From Tricharina praecox (lineage: Eukaryota), in the NCBI RefSeq assembly GCF_024521635.1, contig NW_026250419.1:620001-684000 (forward strand): 64,000 nt of DNA. Direction: 5' to 3'. The first letter of the stretch is position 1. The number at the start of each line of letters is the position of its first letter. Below are positions 1-14,300 of this stretch, in pieces. The notes beneath the pieces were generated by a model that worked only from the letters and a program-made list of their open reading frames with translations, did not search any database and had not been told where the DNA came from. The position numbers and the translations under genes were made by a program.

Positions 1-3000
1 CAACCGTTCCTGCCCGCAGAGTCTTATACCTGCGGCCATGTCACCGGTATGCTTCGCTTTTAGTGTATGTATGGGTAGAACACTCATGGCCTCTGTTTCG
101 TAAAATCATCACAGGTCACTCGTCAAGCGTGATCACGGGATGTCACATGACCTCTTGGCAGCATGAAACCGACGGCATTATTCAGGATCACCTGAGCGCT
201 CTACGCGCAATACGTCATGACTCCGTGACTCCATCGGTGACAAATACACAGGTTCCTTCACGTCGAAGAGTCTTCGCGTTTTCATGTAAGGGCACAACCC
301 ATGCCATCGTATTACATGATACATGATGCTTGCAGGAGGTCTCCCTGCGATGACTCCTGAAGAAGTAGTTGTCGCTCCGGGTTAGTCCGCGAACGCAAAG
401 ACATCTTCTCAGATGTAGAATTTGTAATGTTTGCCTGGAGGACGACATGATTTCGAAAAGAGGAACAGATTGTTGTTGAGTGACAGAACAAGATTTATCT
501 TGGAGCCATTAAGGCCTTTGGTCTGTGGGAAACCGGGGATAATAAGGATGAGAGAAATTTAAATTTTGAGTATCTGATTTCACAACCGTGAGCGAAACAG
601 GGAAGAGTGACGATAAGGTTATTGAGGAGAACTCTTGGTAGAGAAGGTGGCAGTTATGGTTGGTTGGTCAATTTCGGAGGCTGAGGTATGGCTAAACCAA
701 CCGTGGTGATCATAACAGGGCCAAATATTGGCTTACAACTACTTGGGTGCTTCGGCGAAACCGGAAACATCGCTTAGGAAGAACTGCTCGGGAGTAACAG
801 CCTGCGATGAACCATGGTATTTGGTGGGTTGGGCCAGTTAACAACGGTTATTTTTCTGACTTCACCAGCAATCATTCGCTATCCGAAGTTCCTGTCAATT
901 CTTCAGCTACAATGCAGTGGTCGAAGATCTCATGCAACCGTGATGACAGAGAGAACCCAGCCCGTCTCGAGGTTTTTGGGTTCATCACTCGAACACCTAT
1001 TCCATACGATCAATGAGTGAGGAAAGTAGTGAAACGCTGAAGGTAGGGGTCTCGGACGGCTACTAGACGAAGATAGAAAATGCAGCACGAGTATAATGAA
1101 AACAAATGGTTCATTCAATCTATTACAAAGGTGGATAATTGATATACCGAATGCTGAATTAAGGCCCTGACTTATGTATGAGCTGCTGGTCAAGTTCTTA
1201 CTACCTAGCTCTTTAGAAATGCGGTTATATTTAAGGGAAACAATTTCACCTTATACTTCCTATCAAAGAGGGGGTATAAAAAGAACGTTATTTCCGTTGG
1301 ACGAATATTGATATCGAATCAAGGCGTATTGAACAACACGTATTTTGACCGTTTTGATGCTGTCACAACCAATTGTCCAAAAATACTGTAGTAATACTAC
1401 AGCTTTTACCACTCCTTGCATTACGCAGTAATAATACAGGTAAATAAGGCTGCATCAATTGGTATTGAATTTCTTCCGCGGCATTCGTTATTTAACCATT
1501 CACCGCAAAACCGGCGTGCCCGGCGGTCCACAGTAATTATGCCCAGCTCGCAATCGGAACATCGTAGCCGAAAATATCGTCACGGCGATAGCCAGCTGCC
1601 AATTTTCCAGCGCGCAGTAGCAAAGCTTGACTTGGAGTAGTCGCATGTTCGTCCTAAAACCCGCCAGGCTGAGGTTACACGCCCAACCCTCTGCATTCCA
1701 CGCATCCCAAAAATCACCATCAGATATCGGCGATAACCCGAGTGATCGCTTATGTATATCCGAAAGAAAATACCTCGACGGCCCCCACTCTGAATCCTGA
1801 TCTACCTTACTTCTCGACCGGGCAAGCCCGCATTTGCACAGAGAACTTCGCTACTGTAGATTTTCACTGATAAGTTACCTGGGTAGACTCACAGGGAGGC
1901 AGGGACGTTCAGTGGGTGGAACTGGCTGATGCGGTTTGGGAATAAGACAGACGAAGGCGAAGACGAGGACGAAGACGTAATATATGCTGCTGCTGCTGCT
2001 GGGGAGTGCCTGTCAGTCACTGAATGTCTCGCTGGGAGAAAATCACCCGCACGTCTGTATGTAGGAAGTATGTACACTCCGTATCAACCTTGCCGTCGAT
2101 GCGGATCAGGAGGCTGGGATTTCGCTTATGGAAGTTTAAAATATCGCTCACCTTTGTTAGCATTGCGAACCCATGAAATACGAAAGCGACGGCTGCAGAC
2201 TTGCAGACTTGCAGTGACTGCGGGCGTGTGTGGGGGGGAGGGGAGCGGCGGCATCAGCTGGGTCAGGTATATATTTCGCCTCACAGTTGTGCGGTCGAAT
2301 GTGACCTCGTGAAGTGGGGGGAATTTGTAATGTAATGGCCGGAGAGTTTACGGGGGGGGGGGCGGGGCAGCAGCAGCAGCAGTGGACCCTCGCGATCGTC
2401 GACCGTGTGGTTCGATGAAGAGCTGAGCTCCAGTGGAAGGCCCGGAGCGGAAGTACCACATTATGCACACTTCCTTCTCGGTGAGTGCATCGCGAGCTTC
2501 CGTTTGGATAGTGGATGGGTGGCATGTCGCCGTTTCACCTCCACAGCTCGAGTTACTAACTGACTATCGACGACGATTGGTGTTCGCAGGCAGGCAGGCA
2601 GGCAGGCAGGTCGCTCTGCAGCGAAGGGCGTTTCTGCACGGTGCTCAGTCGTTCGATTTTGACGGGTAAATCCGCAGCCACCCCTGAATATCCCGCCTTG
2701 CCTAGTTGATCTACTAGACTGCAGCGTGAAGGTTCCGGAGTCGGACTGGATCGCTACTGCCAGCAATTCGCAGACATCTCTATGGCCGATAGGCGACGAT
2801 AACTAAACTGGCCTGTGTACAGCAGTACTGCTGCTCCTGTTACTGCCTCTGCTGATGCTGCCGCTGCATGTGTGGATCAGACACCTTGGCGATTCTCAGC
2901 TGGACGATACCGCACCCTGCATCGCTGGATGACGCCGTGACGGACTTGGACTCGTCATCAATTGCCACCCTTCCTAGTTAAATCTGCGGCACATCGAGGT

Positions 3001-6000
3001 ACTCGTGCAACGACGAGATCCCAGAGACCAGTCAGTCAGCCAGCCCAGTCCAGCCCGGCCAGCCACTGGCCAGTTTCAGCGGTTCCGGGAGGTCGATGGT
3101 TGATTTGATTTGCTCTGCACCCAATAGTTACGACCGTATCCGCCTGTGAAGCAGTGCTGAGGCAGCTGCCAGCTTGCTACATGAACGACATCTAGATCCG
3201 ACTGGTCACACTCACACGTACATACGGCGGAGCGGTACGCCGCCGGCATGCCTTTATGGGCTTTCTTCTCCTTCTCCTGGTGTTTCGTAGCGGAGGACCG
3301 GAAGCACCATCACGGCATGGCCACCATCCGCGTGCCAGCAAAAGAGTGCTTCGAGTCGTCCGGCGGAGCGGCAAAAGTCTTATCATCATCTACGCGTCGT
3401 ATCTGCAGCAGGAGGGCAGCAGACTCAGCACACACAAGGCCCTACGACGGTATGTATGTACACATGTACGAGGGCTTGTAAACCAATTGACTCACTGCGA
3501 CTACCTACTCGGAGTAGTAGTTAGCTCGACGATCTTTCCACTGAACACTAACTATTACGGTAGACTGGTCACTGCGGGCGTGGCTTCGAACCCTCGTGTG
3601 ATTCTACCCTGAAATGCCCTTCCTCGATGGCCCGAAATAATTTGCATTGACAGAGTCCAGACAGGTAAGGCTTACGACGCGGCCTCTCGAAGCAGTTTTT
3701 TTTACTGGTGGAGACTCGTCAGTGGTCAGTTCGGGTGTTGGAGCGCAAGCAAGGCTAGCTCTATCTCACCACGGCCATCAGGATTAAATCCGAAGCCTCG
3801 AGCGAGCCGAAAAGGCTATATGTGCTTTTTTCATGGAGACAGTGAAATTCTTCGTCCACTTGATCGTCTGGAATGGGAAGTCGTTTGGCCCCTGGTACAC
3901 CCCAAGTCACTCGCGCTAAGACGTTGAAATATAGTTTGCCATAGACTGGCAAATCATTTGCCACCCGCTGCGACCAGACTTGTCTCCATCCAAGGCTGAC
4001 CATCGATTACGCATTGAAACTGGTTTTGTCTTAGCCGCGCGCTCGCAGGAAAAAACTAGGTAGCGGGATGCCATTTCCGGTGGCGGCATGAATATCCACT
4101 TGGGTACATACGGTACGGTAGCTACGTGCCCGCCACGCCACGCCACGCCCGCCCTACATACGGTCCGGCTCAGGGACCCGTACCGTACCCATAACCGTAC
4201 CGTGTGTACCGTCTGTGCCCCGCGCCCCGCCCCGCCCCCCCACGCGTCGGTGTGTGGGTGCGTGTGTGTCCAACGGTGCTTGCCGTCCCGTTCATCCCAA
4301 TGATCCCATCCCTGTTTTCCAGCTCGCCAAAAAAAAGCATGACATCAACACTTCGTTGGTGTTTCAACGCGAACGCGCAAGAAGCCGGACGAGCCTTCCC
4401 AGTACATACTGTACCCATCGTCACCCGGCGCCACAGCTACTACACATGTAAGTACGGTAGTCCATGACGACGGCAAAATCTAGGGGTATACCGTATCCGA
4501 ATGTTGAAACCCCCATTCATGATTCATCGATATCGTGCAGCAGCTAGCAGCCAGCTCGATGATCGCACCGGCGGGTGTGCACTGCGTGCGTGTGCGACTG
4601 TGCGACTCATATGTGCGTGCGTGCGGGCGGGCGTGCAAACGGGACGAAGGAAGGAAGGAAGGAAGAGAGGCACCTGGCACCTGGCAGATCGTCGCTCGCT
4701 CGCTAATACTGATGGGGCATTACTGGATTACTGGTATGATGTCAGGAAGTAGGTTGGGAGGTGCTTGGATGCTTGGGTGCTTAGTTATGCAGTTATGCAT
4801 GCGCGGGCCGGGGCAACGCTCGGGAGTGGAGGCGTGGGCGTGGGCGTGGGCGTGGGCGCGGGCTGGGGCGGGGGAAATAAAACCCCCGTCCGTCTTGATC
4901 TAGGTACTCTACTGCGGAAAACTACCCCTCCACGGGCCACCGACGGACCACCAGAGAATGGAATCGACGGCTGAGCAGCTCGATGACCGACGTCACCGCG
5001 GTTTCGTCGACGTTGCTCTATGCACTTGCACTTGCAAGATCCGGGGCTGCTGTTGTCACTGGCCAGACGGACGAAGCTATGGGCCATGGCCAACCCTTCC
5101 GCTTAGCTTGGAGGCGGCACACATGTCGGTGTGGAGGCCCTGGAGGGAAAGTGAGATCATTGTTAACTTCGAAGTTCAAACTGGAGGAGTGTCTTTTCAT
5201 CACGTTTGCTGTCTGGGGATATGGACCAATTGGATACGGTTGACATGTACTGTATATACCGATTCTACAACAACAACAACTCGGAACGAGCAACCAGCCG
5301 GTCATCAATCTGATAGGAAAAGTACCAGTACTGGTACATACTCTATCTCTCCCTATGTACGTACCGGTACTTGATCCCCGGCTCCCTTGATCGTGAGAGA
5401 CGCAGATATAACTCACTTCTCCGGTGCATTACTGAAGCTGACTGGGTAGGAAATCCGAGTGAGTGAGCGAGTGCTTCGAAGTTCGTAAACGGTCTACGGT
5501 ACTCGAAGAAACTAACCATTCGCCGACCTCGTTTCTGCACTACGAGATGTGCTAATAGAGCAAGTCCTCCTCCTCCTCCTTCCCCACCCACGCCGAGCTC
5601 GACGGCACGACTGGCAGGCCACTGAGCCGCTACCGGCAGTCCGAGCATCTCCTAGGCAGATACATTTGAGATGCGCATGCCTTCCGGTGCTTGGAGACCC
5701 CGTACCATACCAAAAGCATTCGACCGTCGACCGGCTAGCAGACAGAGTCCATGTGCGCCATCAACCATGGGTGGGCGCCGGAAATTATCATCATCATCAG
5801 CACTAGCGATTCCAACAGTGCAGACGAACGGATAGGTATCTCGGCACATGGGTGCATCTACTAGTAGGTATGTATGTAAATAGGTACCGTACTGGTCGTC
5901 TTCCGTTGGCAGACTAGCGGTTGAACGTTCGACGCCTATAGTGACTCCCGAAAAAGCTTCGCAGACAACACTTGATGCCGGAGCCAATCAACCGATAACT

Positions 6001-8202
6001 TCAACTCCGCACTGCTTTACCGAAGATCGATTGGGCTGGGTGATATTGAAATACTACCTGCGAATATATATACGGGTGCCACAGTGGATCTGGTATCATA
6101 GCATCCAGCCCGCTAGATATGTACATACTCTGGCCAGCGAGATCATCCGCTGGAAGTCGGCGGCTGGCCAGGCCAACAAGCAACGTAGATGTCCAGTGGA
6201 ATCGTATTAGCAAGAGGAAGAAGTAAAAGCAATGCGGCGTAAATCATGGCTTTGCTGCCGGAGGTGCGATTGCGTGAGATCGTGGTATTACCAACGGAAC
6301 AAACAACGTACATACAGATCATTACATCTCATACTCTGCCATGTCTATGATCATCACTTGTACTACCAGAACAGATCATACAGCTTCCATTCTTCCAACA
6401 TCACAGCCGCCACAGCTCCCCCGCCCGCGAACATGGCTCAGCCCTTCGCCCACTGGCTGGCCTGGAGTGTGTGTATATCCCCCAGAAGTGCCGGGGCAGA
6501 CGAGTCCTACACACACATGCTGGCCTGCAGCAGCAGCAGTGCTTTCTCCTACACCCTCCGTGTCTTACCTTACCTTACCTCACACACCCCACCTGGCCAC
6601 CCCACCCACCCCACTCTACGCACGCACCAACCACGATCCGCCTACGGTACACCCACCAGGCCCGCCACGCAAGTCGGCATCGAGTCCTCGATGCCTCCAT
6701 GGAAAAACGGAAACAACCATCCGCCCTGCCAACCCCCCTCCCCCCAAATTCCAATCCTTCGACACGCCACGCCACCCGAGCAAACGCCCACGAAAGGCAC
6801 AGCTGCATACACACATACATACATACAGACAGACATACAGATGCAGCTTCATCCCGCCTGCATATCCGTCCTGAACCAGCAACGCAACTTCCCGGACTAA
6901 CCGGTACTGGTTCCCAACCCTCCCTCGTTCTCTTCCCTTCCTTCCCCACCTCCCCACCTCCTCCCTCCACGTCCCTCCGCCACGTCCCGTCTCCACCAAC
7001 CGGGACTCCGCTCGTCAACCGCGCACATTTGCTGCGCAGCCCACACTTCGTTCGTAACTTGTAAGACGACCGACCTCGAAAGTGCATTTCCAGAACTCGG
7101 GATAACCCATTGCGGCCTTGATGGACTCCGTGGAGCTATGGGGGAGGAGGAGGAGGAGGAGGAGAAGGAGGAGGAAGCTGAGAGGGGGCGTGGCAGTAGT
7201 GCGGTCAAGCGCAGACCGATTCGATTCCAATGCTAACGAGCGAGCGAACGTGCTGAGCTGTGCTGAGCTGTGCTGCAGGTTCCCACCACTGATTTCTTTT
7301 CGCTTTCTTCTCACCTCGCCCTACAAAAAAACCCCAAGTTGAAAAATCCAAAAAAATCCAAAAAAAAAATCTATTCCGCCGCCAGTATTTTTCTTCTTTT
7401 CGTTTCTTTTTTTTCTTCTTCCCAGACGTTCGTGCGAATAGGGAGGGGCGGGGAGCGAAAGTCCATGTTTGCTTCTTGGCAACATCTCGATGTGATCAGC
7501 AGGATCCATCGAGCTGACCAAATCCGGCCCACGCAGCGTCACAGCGCAAACCCGCCGTCCGGATCCGGCGTTTCGTCCACGCCGTCCCCCCCTGCGGGTG
7601 CGGAATTCATGCAAAATGTTGCTTTTGCTGCTTTTACTTTTGGAGGTGGTAGAGTACTAGTGGGTGCTATGTATACTCGTACACCCACTCGAAGTATGTA
7701 AGTAGGGAAGCGGAAGGGCCGAGAATGTGACGTAGAGTGTGTACGTAGAGGCTGGCTTTTGTCAGCCTTCAGCCTTCGCGTCGCGACTCGCGTGTGCCGC
7801 GGTTGATGCGGAGGCGCCAGCGCGCGCTGATAGTGCTGCCACGTGGTTTGGGCTCATGCAATAGGTATGGTATGGTATAGAGCGGTGGTTTGCGTCGCGA
7901 CTCGCGGGAAACTCTTAGGCGCTTTACACTGCGACTGGTGTCGACTCTACTATTGTAGCCTGCCTTGTTCTCTCCTCTGCTTATGTATATCGGCTCCACC
8001 GATATGAAGCTCCGTTACGTCATAGGTATCTACCATACATACCATTCACGAGTTACTTTGCCATGATGCCGTCACGGATAGCATACCATTTACGAGTCAC
8101 TTTGCCATGATGACGGAGAGGAACAAACAAAGCTAGGATGTAATCATAGTCATGTTGTTGAAACACGCTGTGTAGAACCACCCAGCAATCGTATGGAGAT
8201 AC

Positions 8203-8524
8203 AAGGTGCGAAAGCCTTGAAACGGCAAAAAAACATCGTCCCCATGTAACAAAGTACCTTCCCTAGTATTCCCCATATTCTTAATCAAAGCAAGTAAGAG
8301 GCAGGAAAGAAAAGCAAACCCCCCGAGTAAACAAACAGAAAAAAATTGAACCATTTAGCAGGAAAAAGGTGCGAAGTAGCCTAAAGCGGCAGAGAAACAT
8401 CGCCCCTCTGTAACTACCTTTCTCAGCATTCCCGATATCTTCAATCATAGCAAGCAACAGGCATGAAAGAAAAGTAAACTCCCCGAGTAAAACAAACAAA
8501 AAAAGATTGAACTATTTAGCAAGA
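8203..8524. repeat. Diverged direct tandem duplication, 2 x ~160 bp
   Basis: Copies at ~8203-8362 and ~8365-8524 share colinear blocks: AAGGTGCGAA, AAACATCG, GAAAGAAAAG, CCCCGAGTAAA, ATTGAAC.ATTTAGCA. Confidence 0.85.
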
Positions 8525-8687
8525 ACTTTTCTTATTAAACAGTCCAAGGACCGAAATCACAAATGGCACAGAGCAGAATGAAAGAGAGATACCTAGGAAA
8601 AGAGCAAGGGGAACCACCGCCGCGGAACACATTATGGTCGTACTAGAAAATCGCAACTTTTTGTCAGCCGGGCCACAGTACCACCAC

Positions 8688-11348
8688 TCACAACTGGGGG
8701 GAATCCCAGTTGCTCAACACGCAACCGAAGATTCGCTGCTTGGGAAGTGAGTCAATAGGTTGGCACGTGACATCAAAAGCAGGCCAGGTAGTCCACCCGT
8801 TCATGGTTAGGAAGCGCCTGACGTAGATCGCAGTGCTAAAGTTGGTATATTCAACTTTGAAAACACCAGGACCGTCCATCTGGTGTACGAAGACGTCGGC
8901 TTTGAGATACTCGGTTAGAGCGGGAGGTAAAGGGGTCCTCTTGACGAATTCCGAGACACTCGCGCAGTTGTGCCCCATCGCACGTCTACCGGGAATTGCT
9001 GTGAATACGCGGCAGTTGTCGCGGCTGAACAGTTCCCCTCCACTGGGCAATGGCGGTACCTGCTCCATCACAACTTTGAGAACCCTTTCCTGGAAGTAGA
9101 CGGGAGCCGAACTCATCCAATGGAAGTAGTTCCAAGCTTGCTCCGGTGTGAGAAAAGTGACCTCAAGGCTCGTGTAGGTAGCTTTTTGGCCTTCCTGATC
9201 ATCGTGACGGAGACGCATCACTTCGATGGGACCCCCTCTGACCATAGGCAATGCTTCGTGGTATTGAATAATGCGGGGAAGATGCGTGATGGTCACCTTA
9301 CGGTAACGAGGGTCAAGCTTTCCGTCGCGGAGGTACGGTGACCTTTCATCCTCACTGTTGCCATCGCGCTTCGGGGGACGAAGTCCCCGAGTCTGAAGCC
9401 GAGGCGAAAGACCACGGTCGGCCCAGTGCGCTCTCTCAGCAGAACGTCTTCCCTCGAACCAGTCGAGTCTGCAAAAGTGTTAGTAATTATTTATTTCAGA
9501 AACTTTTGATCGGAACATACCCCAAACCTCGTTCCTGTTCTTCGGCAAGGAGGTCAAAGCTTTCACCGTAGTAGACGGGCGTATCATCCACTGGAGGCGC
9601 AGGTTCGGGTTGCCTAGGCGCGGGTTCGATTTGCCTAGGCGCGGGTTCGATTTGCCTAGGCGTGGGTTCGATTTGCCTAGGCGCACTAGGTCGAAGCTGT
9701 TGGGTGACCACGGGCCTAGACGGAAGGTTAGACAATTGGCCGGAAGATGGGGGTTTTAGAAACTTACATATCCGAGTAGTCGGACATATAGTAGCCGACG
9801 GAACCTCCTGAAGGGATACCCGGGTCCTTAAGAAGCTCGTCATGATCCGTCTCAGAATCGTTGCCGGGCGGATAATAGATGCGAAGCGGTGGCGAGCTCT
9901 TCTGATGCTTCACCTGAGCAGGCCACTGGTTGTTCTGCTCTTTGGACGTGAGATGAAACACTGGGGGAGACATAGGTCGCTCGAATCGTTCCTGTTGGAT
10001 GCCGATCTGGTCCACCTTGGTGTCTACTGGCAACAATGGGCGCGGATGAATGGTCGGTACAGGTACAGGAATTGAAACCCTGGCAGGTAAAGGAGCGAAA
10101 AACTTAGGCTTGTCTTCTTTCGGGAGGATGCCCAATGCATGTTGGCGCTCCATGTCTGCAACAGCCCGCTTGACATCGTGCGCGAGTTGAATCGATGAAA
10201 CTGCTTCTAAATTCTAGCCGGTTAGTACTTCTTCCATGATAGGGTTTCAACGGATGGGGTTTCCTGACTCTTGACAGGTGATGGCTTCGCCGTCTCGTTA
10301 TCCGCAGGATTCTCATTTCCATCAACCACCGATTCACGACGGTCGGGAATTGGGAGTCCACGCAAGCGCAGGACTTCGGCCAACCACGATTCTTCGTCGA
10401 GGTCATCGGGAGTGACACCGATGTACGTTTGCTCGTCAGCGAGTACAGCGTCGATCCACGTATCGGCCGCCTTGTACGACTTCCACCACAAGCCTTTGGC
10501 GTCAAAGCCGCTGTTCTGTATAAAGTGTATGAAGTAGTCCTTCGCGATATTGACCCTGGCTTGGTCCTCCTGGTAATCCAAGAGGGTGTCCACAGTAGCG
10601 TCCAAACGGATCTTGATGCTCTTGTGGGCTTCAAGCAAGTCTATGAGTAGCTTACCTACATCTGCGTTAGATGTGAACCAATATTAGATAAGTATGGATG
10701 GAAGTGCGTACCAGGAACCATAATCATAGTCTTGGGAACGGCATTAACAAGGTTGCGCAACAAACCGATCGAGGTGCCTTCATCATTCTCGTCGATATCA
10801 ATAGACGGAGCACGAGGTACGGACTTCGTGTTGCCAGGCCTGGCATACTCGGCGCTGGAAGATTTGATCTTAGCTTCAACCGAAGTTCTCTTCTTGTGTG
10901 GATAAAACTCTTCAGAGGTCGAGTCCGGAGGTGAAAGACGACTATTCTCGTGAGCAGTAGTCATCAGAGGTGAATTCGGTGATATGGGAGAGGACGGGGG
11001 GCAGGAAAAACTAGGGGTAGTGAAATGCTCCGAAGGAAGCAGTGAAGGAGAAGGTGGGGGCAGTTTTTTGGCATCGTCCAGACGGGGACCGGCAACACCC
11101 TTATCCCTAACAGGTCTCAGGTGGGGCGGTAGAGGACCAGAAGTCTGGGCGGGTGCCATTGTAGGAGATGGAGGGCGGGTGGCCTTGGCGGGAGGGAGGT
11201 TGTTCTTAGGACGAGAGATAGCCATCAGCTTCTCGAGGTAGGCATTCGTACGGTTAATGATTTCAGGACGTATCGCTTTCGTGGCGCCTTGGAAAGCCGG
11301 TAGCTGCCCAGTTTCCGTCTCCATCTCGTCCAAGTCGGAATCGGTCAT
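8688..11348 (-). CDS. Putative RNA-binding protein (~814 aa): long Pro/Ser-rich N-terminus and C-terminal divergent RRM-like domain(s), reminiscent of fungal Nrd1-like RRM proteins
   Basis: Five exons (11348-10712, 10661-10276, 10213-9768, 9715-9521, 9468-8688) total 2445 nt and close in frame. Introns are GT..AG with CTAAC branch points. The C-terminal segment 'RKVTITHLPR...VRGGPIEVMRL...LEVTFLTPEQAWNYF...VYFQERVLKVVME' has RRM-like patterning. A CT-rich leader lies upstream. The intron 2 donor (GTCAAG) is weak and was inferred from phase. Confidence 0.75.
9595..9684 (-). repeat. Coding minisatellite, ~4 x 21 bp, encoding (A/T)PRQ(I/P)EP repeats
   Basis: Repeated unit GGCGCGGGTTCGATTTGCCTA on the + strand, inside exon 4 of the RRM-like gene. 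Confidence 0.9.
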
Positions 11349-14300
11349 GATGACCGCAGAGTTGTTAGTTGTGTCCAGATGGTTTGTAGTTGTGCGTAAA
11401 GCCAAGGGGGGAAAAGGTGTCGGTTTGTGAGAGAAGATGTAGAAACGAGTGTGAAAGGGCGGGGGAGGAGGGGGGAGGAGAGGGGAGGAGAGGGAGAAGG
11501 AGAGGAGGGTAACAAGAAGGCGAGAGGGTACAGAAAAGGAAAGGTGGACAGAAAGTGGTAGTTCACAACGTTGTGAAGTCACAACCTGGAATCAGGCTTC
11601 GACCCGTCAACACACCATCAGTGAGTTTCTTTTGAGCTTTGACCCTTTAGATCGTTTGGCCGATCTACCACTGTTTAAATTCTCTCTTCATAAAATTATA
11701 CATTTTATACATCTCTTCGTGTGTTGTGGTACTTGCATTTAACCTATGCGTTGTCATGTGTGATTTCGAAGCAAGCGGTGGCCAGAGCAGAGGTGAGTGA
11801 TAACTCATGAGCACACCCAGTACGTATACATTTGTAACTGTTGAGTGCCCAGATTCTCGGTACAGCCCATTACTCAATCCTCCAGTAACTCCCATGAGTA
11901 AGTAGTAATAGAGCCCTCCGGTGGACACTTACGGCGTCGATATCGTCTGAACACGCAGAGCTTGGTCCTGGCTGCTTGTGCAACCAAGACTTCGAAATTC
12001 CCCCTCAAACACCAAGACTCTATGGACATCAAGATTGAAACCTCCATTCACGAAAAGAACCATGGAAGCAGAGAGCGAATGATTATAAAATATTTCGTGG
12101 CTTTGCCGGTCCCACAACATCCTAGATCGTTTAAAAAAGCGCAAAAGCGTCATTCCCGGATGGCTTGGTACTCGCCAACGAACTGATCGTTTGGCGCGGA
12201 GCCAGCTGGCAACTCTATTGTGACCACAACTCTGCTGCCATTACATAAGTTCCTACATACTCGGCATCCCTCGGAGTGATCGACGCTCGAGTCTTTCCGG
12301 TGCTGCGCAGGCCCTTTCGCCCCCCGCTTACAGCACTCACGGTTCAGGCGCAACTTCGACGGGCACCACAGATACGGTGACTGTAGCCGACTGCTCGCGA
12401 CGACGGGGATTCCCTAATGCCAGCCTCGCCTGCCAGGCGCATGGTGTAGCCGCATGCTACAGCTTTCGCCGTGGTGGTTCCATTCTTACGTTTGATTCCA
12501 TCGCATCTCCCCGGAGTCCCTATCAACTTTCGAGGCTGACGGTACGATGTAGCTACATACCACCGTTAGATGACTATTCGAACTACCCCACGAGCCACGC
12601 CACCACCAGCAATAAGGAGCCGGGGGTCGCCTGTTGTTCCATCGCTTCTGCGTTAGTTCATGGACTCCGGCACCATGGCTATTACTATGCACTCGTGTTG
12701 TGGGGCATCTCCGTACATACGAAGCCCTATTGCGGGCTGATGCTAAATTTCGCTCGGCGCCGCCGCCGTGTCATCAGGTCACGAACCACCGTCCACCGTC
12801 CACCGTCCACCGCCCCAAACCAGCATCATGGATCACTCTTGTCGGCGCTGGCTAGAACGGATAAGCGAAGTCACGCGCACACGCCGGAACCTCAGCTACT
12901 CTTGCGATCGTATCGTATTCGGCAATACTACCGCGCCGTGTAGTCCGCTCCGACCCGCCCCGCCCGGGTTATGTCGAACCCAAGCCAGCCGGAATCAGAA
13001 TACCGCCGGAAGTGCGTAGCTTGGTCTTCACCCGCTAATAGACCGTTTCAGATCTCTCTCCTCCCCAAAAAAGAAAATACTCTCGGGATAGGTACCATGT
13101 CGTGCTGTGAGGGGTGTGGCTCGAGCGATCCTCGTTCTGAGACCTCCCTGGACGGCCGCTGTATTATTACACCTCGTTCGGAGAATTCTCGAGACGTTGT
13201 GATAGTACTTCTCACGCTCCGGGCCCGGCCATAACTAGGGGGGGAGGGGACGCTTACCGCCTCGCGATCACTCACCATCGGTACTAGGTATACACATACC
13301 TGCTGAAGATCACCACGCCGCACCACTCGATAGTATGTACCTACATAAATATATAAATTTAACTACGGACCCATGGATCATGAGCCGTCGCCGGATCGGA
13401 CGCCTCATCCCCAAAGTTCTATCTATACATACCTACATCTCGGATATCATCATCATGCGCATTGAACACGCAAGATACCTACGCAAGGCTGAAATTGACG
13501 CCAACAGGGATCTGCCAGAGCTTACGGAGGTCCTTCGGTCTGGAGCATGCATGGCGAGCGCGCGTTCCTCAGTTCGAATATGCAAATCACGGCAACGATG
13601 TTTCGTCGGTTGGGTGGAGGAAAGGGAGAGGGGGGGGGGGGGGGGGGGGGTTGGCCGGATCGTGACTCCTAGATGCTTCCCTCCTCATCCACCCGTTCAC
13701 CGCGGTGGGCTACGGTGCGGTGTTGTGCGTACCCCCACTATCGCTAAAACTCGTTCCGGAAGCAAAACATGCGCCACTCCCATCCCACCACAATACAATC
13801 TTACGTCCCAGCCCAGTCCCGGCCCCACCTAGAACCCCCCGCCGGGTTCCGCACGATCGATACTTCATATAAATGTTCCTTGGATCACTTTACCACTAGC
13901 CATCACTCGACGCCCCCAGTTCCTTGCAGAAACCGGGGAACTGAGAGGCTAGTATGGGGGAGTAGAGTGGAAGGGTCCACATCCCGCCGATGGAATGACT
14001 ATTGACCATAATAATTAACCACAGCAGAATGAAAGTCCAAAAGTGGAAACCATCGCCAGTGGTGCAGCTCGGTTCACTTTGGCCCTGGGCCCTACGGAAT
14101 TGCTTTCAGCGGCGCTTAACAATTAGTAAGCCCCTGGTCCCTACGAGTGACCACTAACCAGCACATGACACGAGAGAGTCAGATGTGCATTCAATATTAC
14201 ATAGCGGGAAGAGAGTCCAGACTATGGGACGATTGAAGGACCCGAGTGGGCGGTATACCGGTACTAGGTATAAAGTAGTTCTCGTCTAGACGGAATAAAT

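Noticed and set aside
1..1300. Possible minus-strand gene or TE relic at the window start; TATA-like motifs near 1226 and 1275
   Set aside because: Only short ORFs, with no recognisable domain or coherent exon chain.
3740..4080. High-complexity stretch with an 80-aa minus-strand ORF
   Set aside because: No ATG start or splice model and no recognisable family; cannot be supported without a search.
6232..7087. Several overlapping 170-220 aa ORFs
   Set aside because: Low-complexity C/A-rich sequence open in many frames; no domain or consistent splice model.
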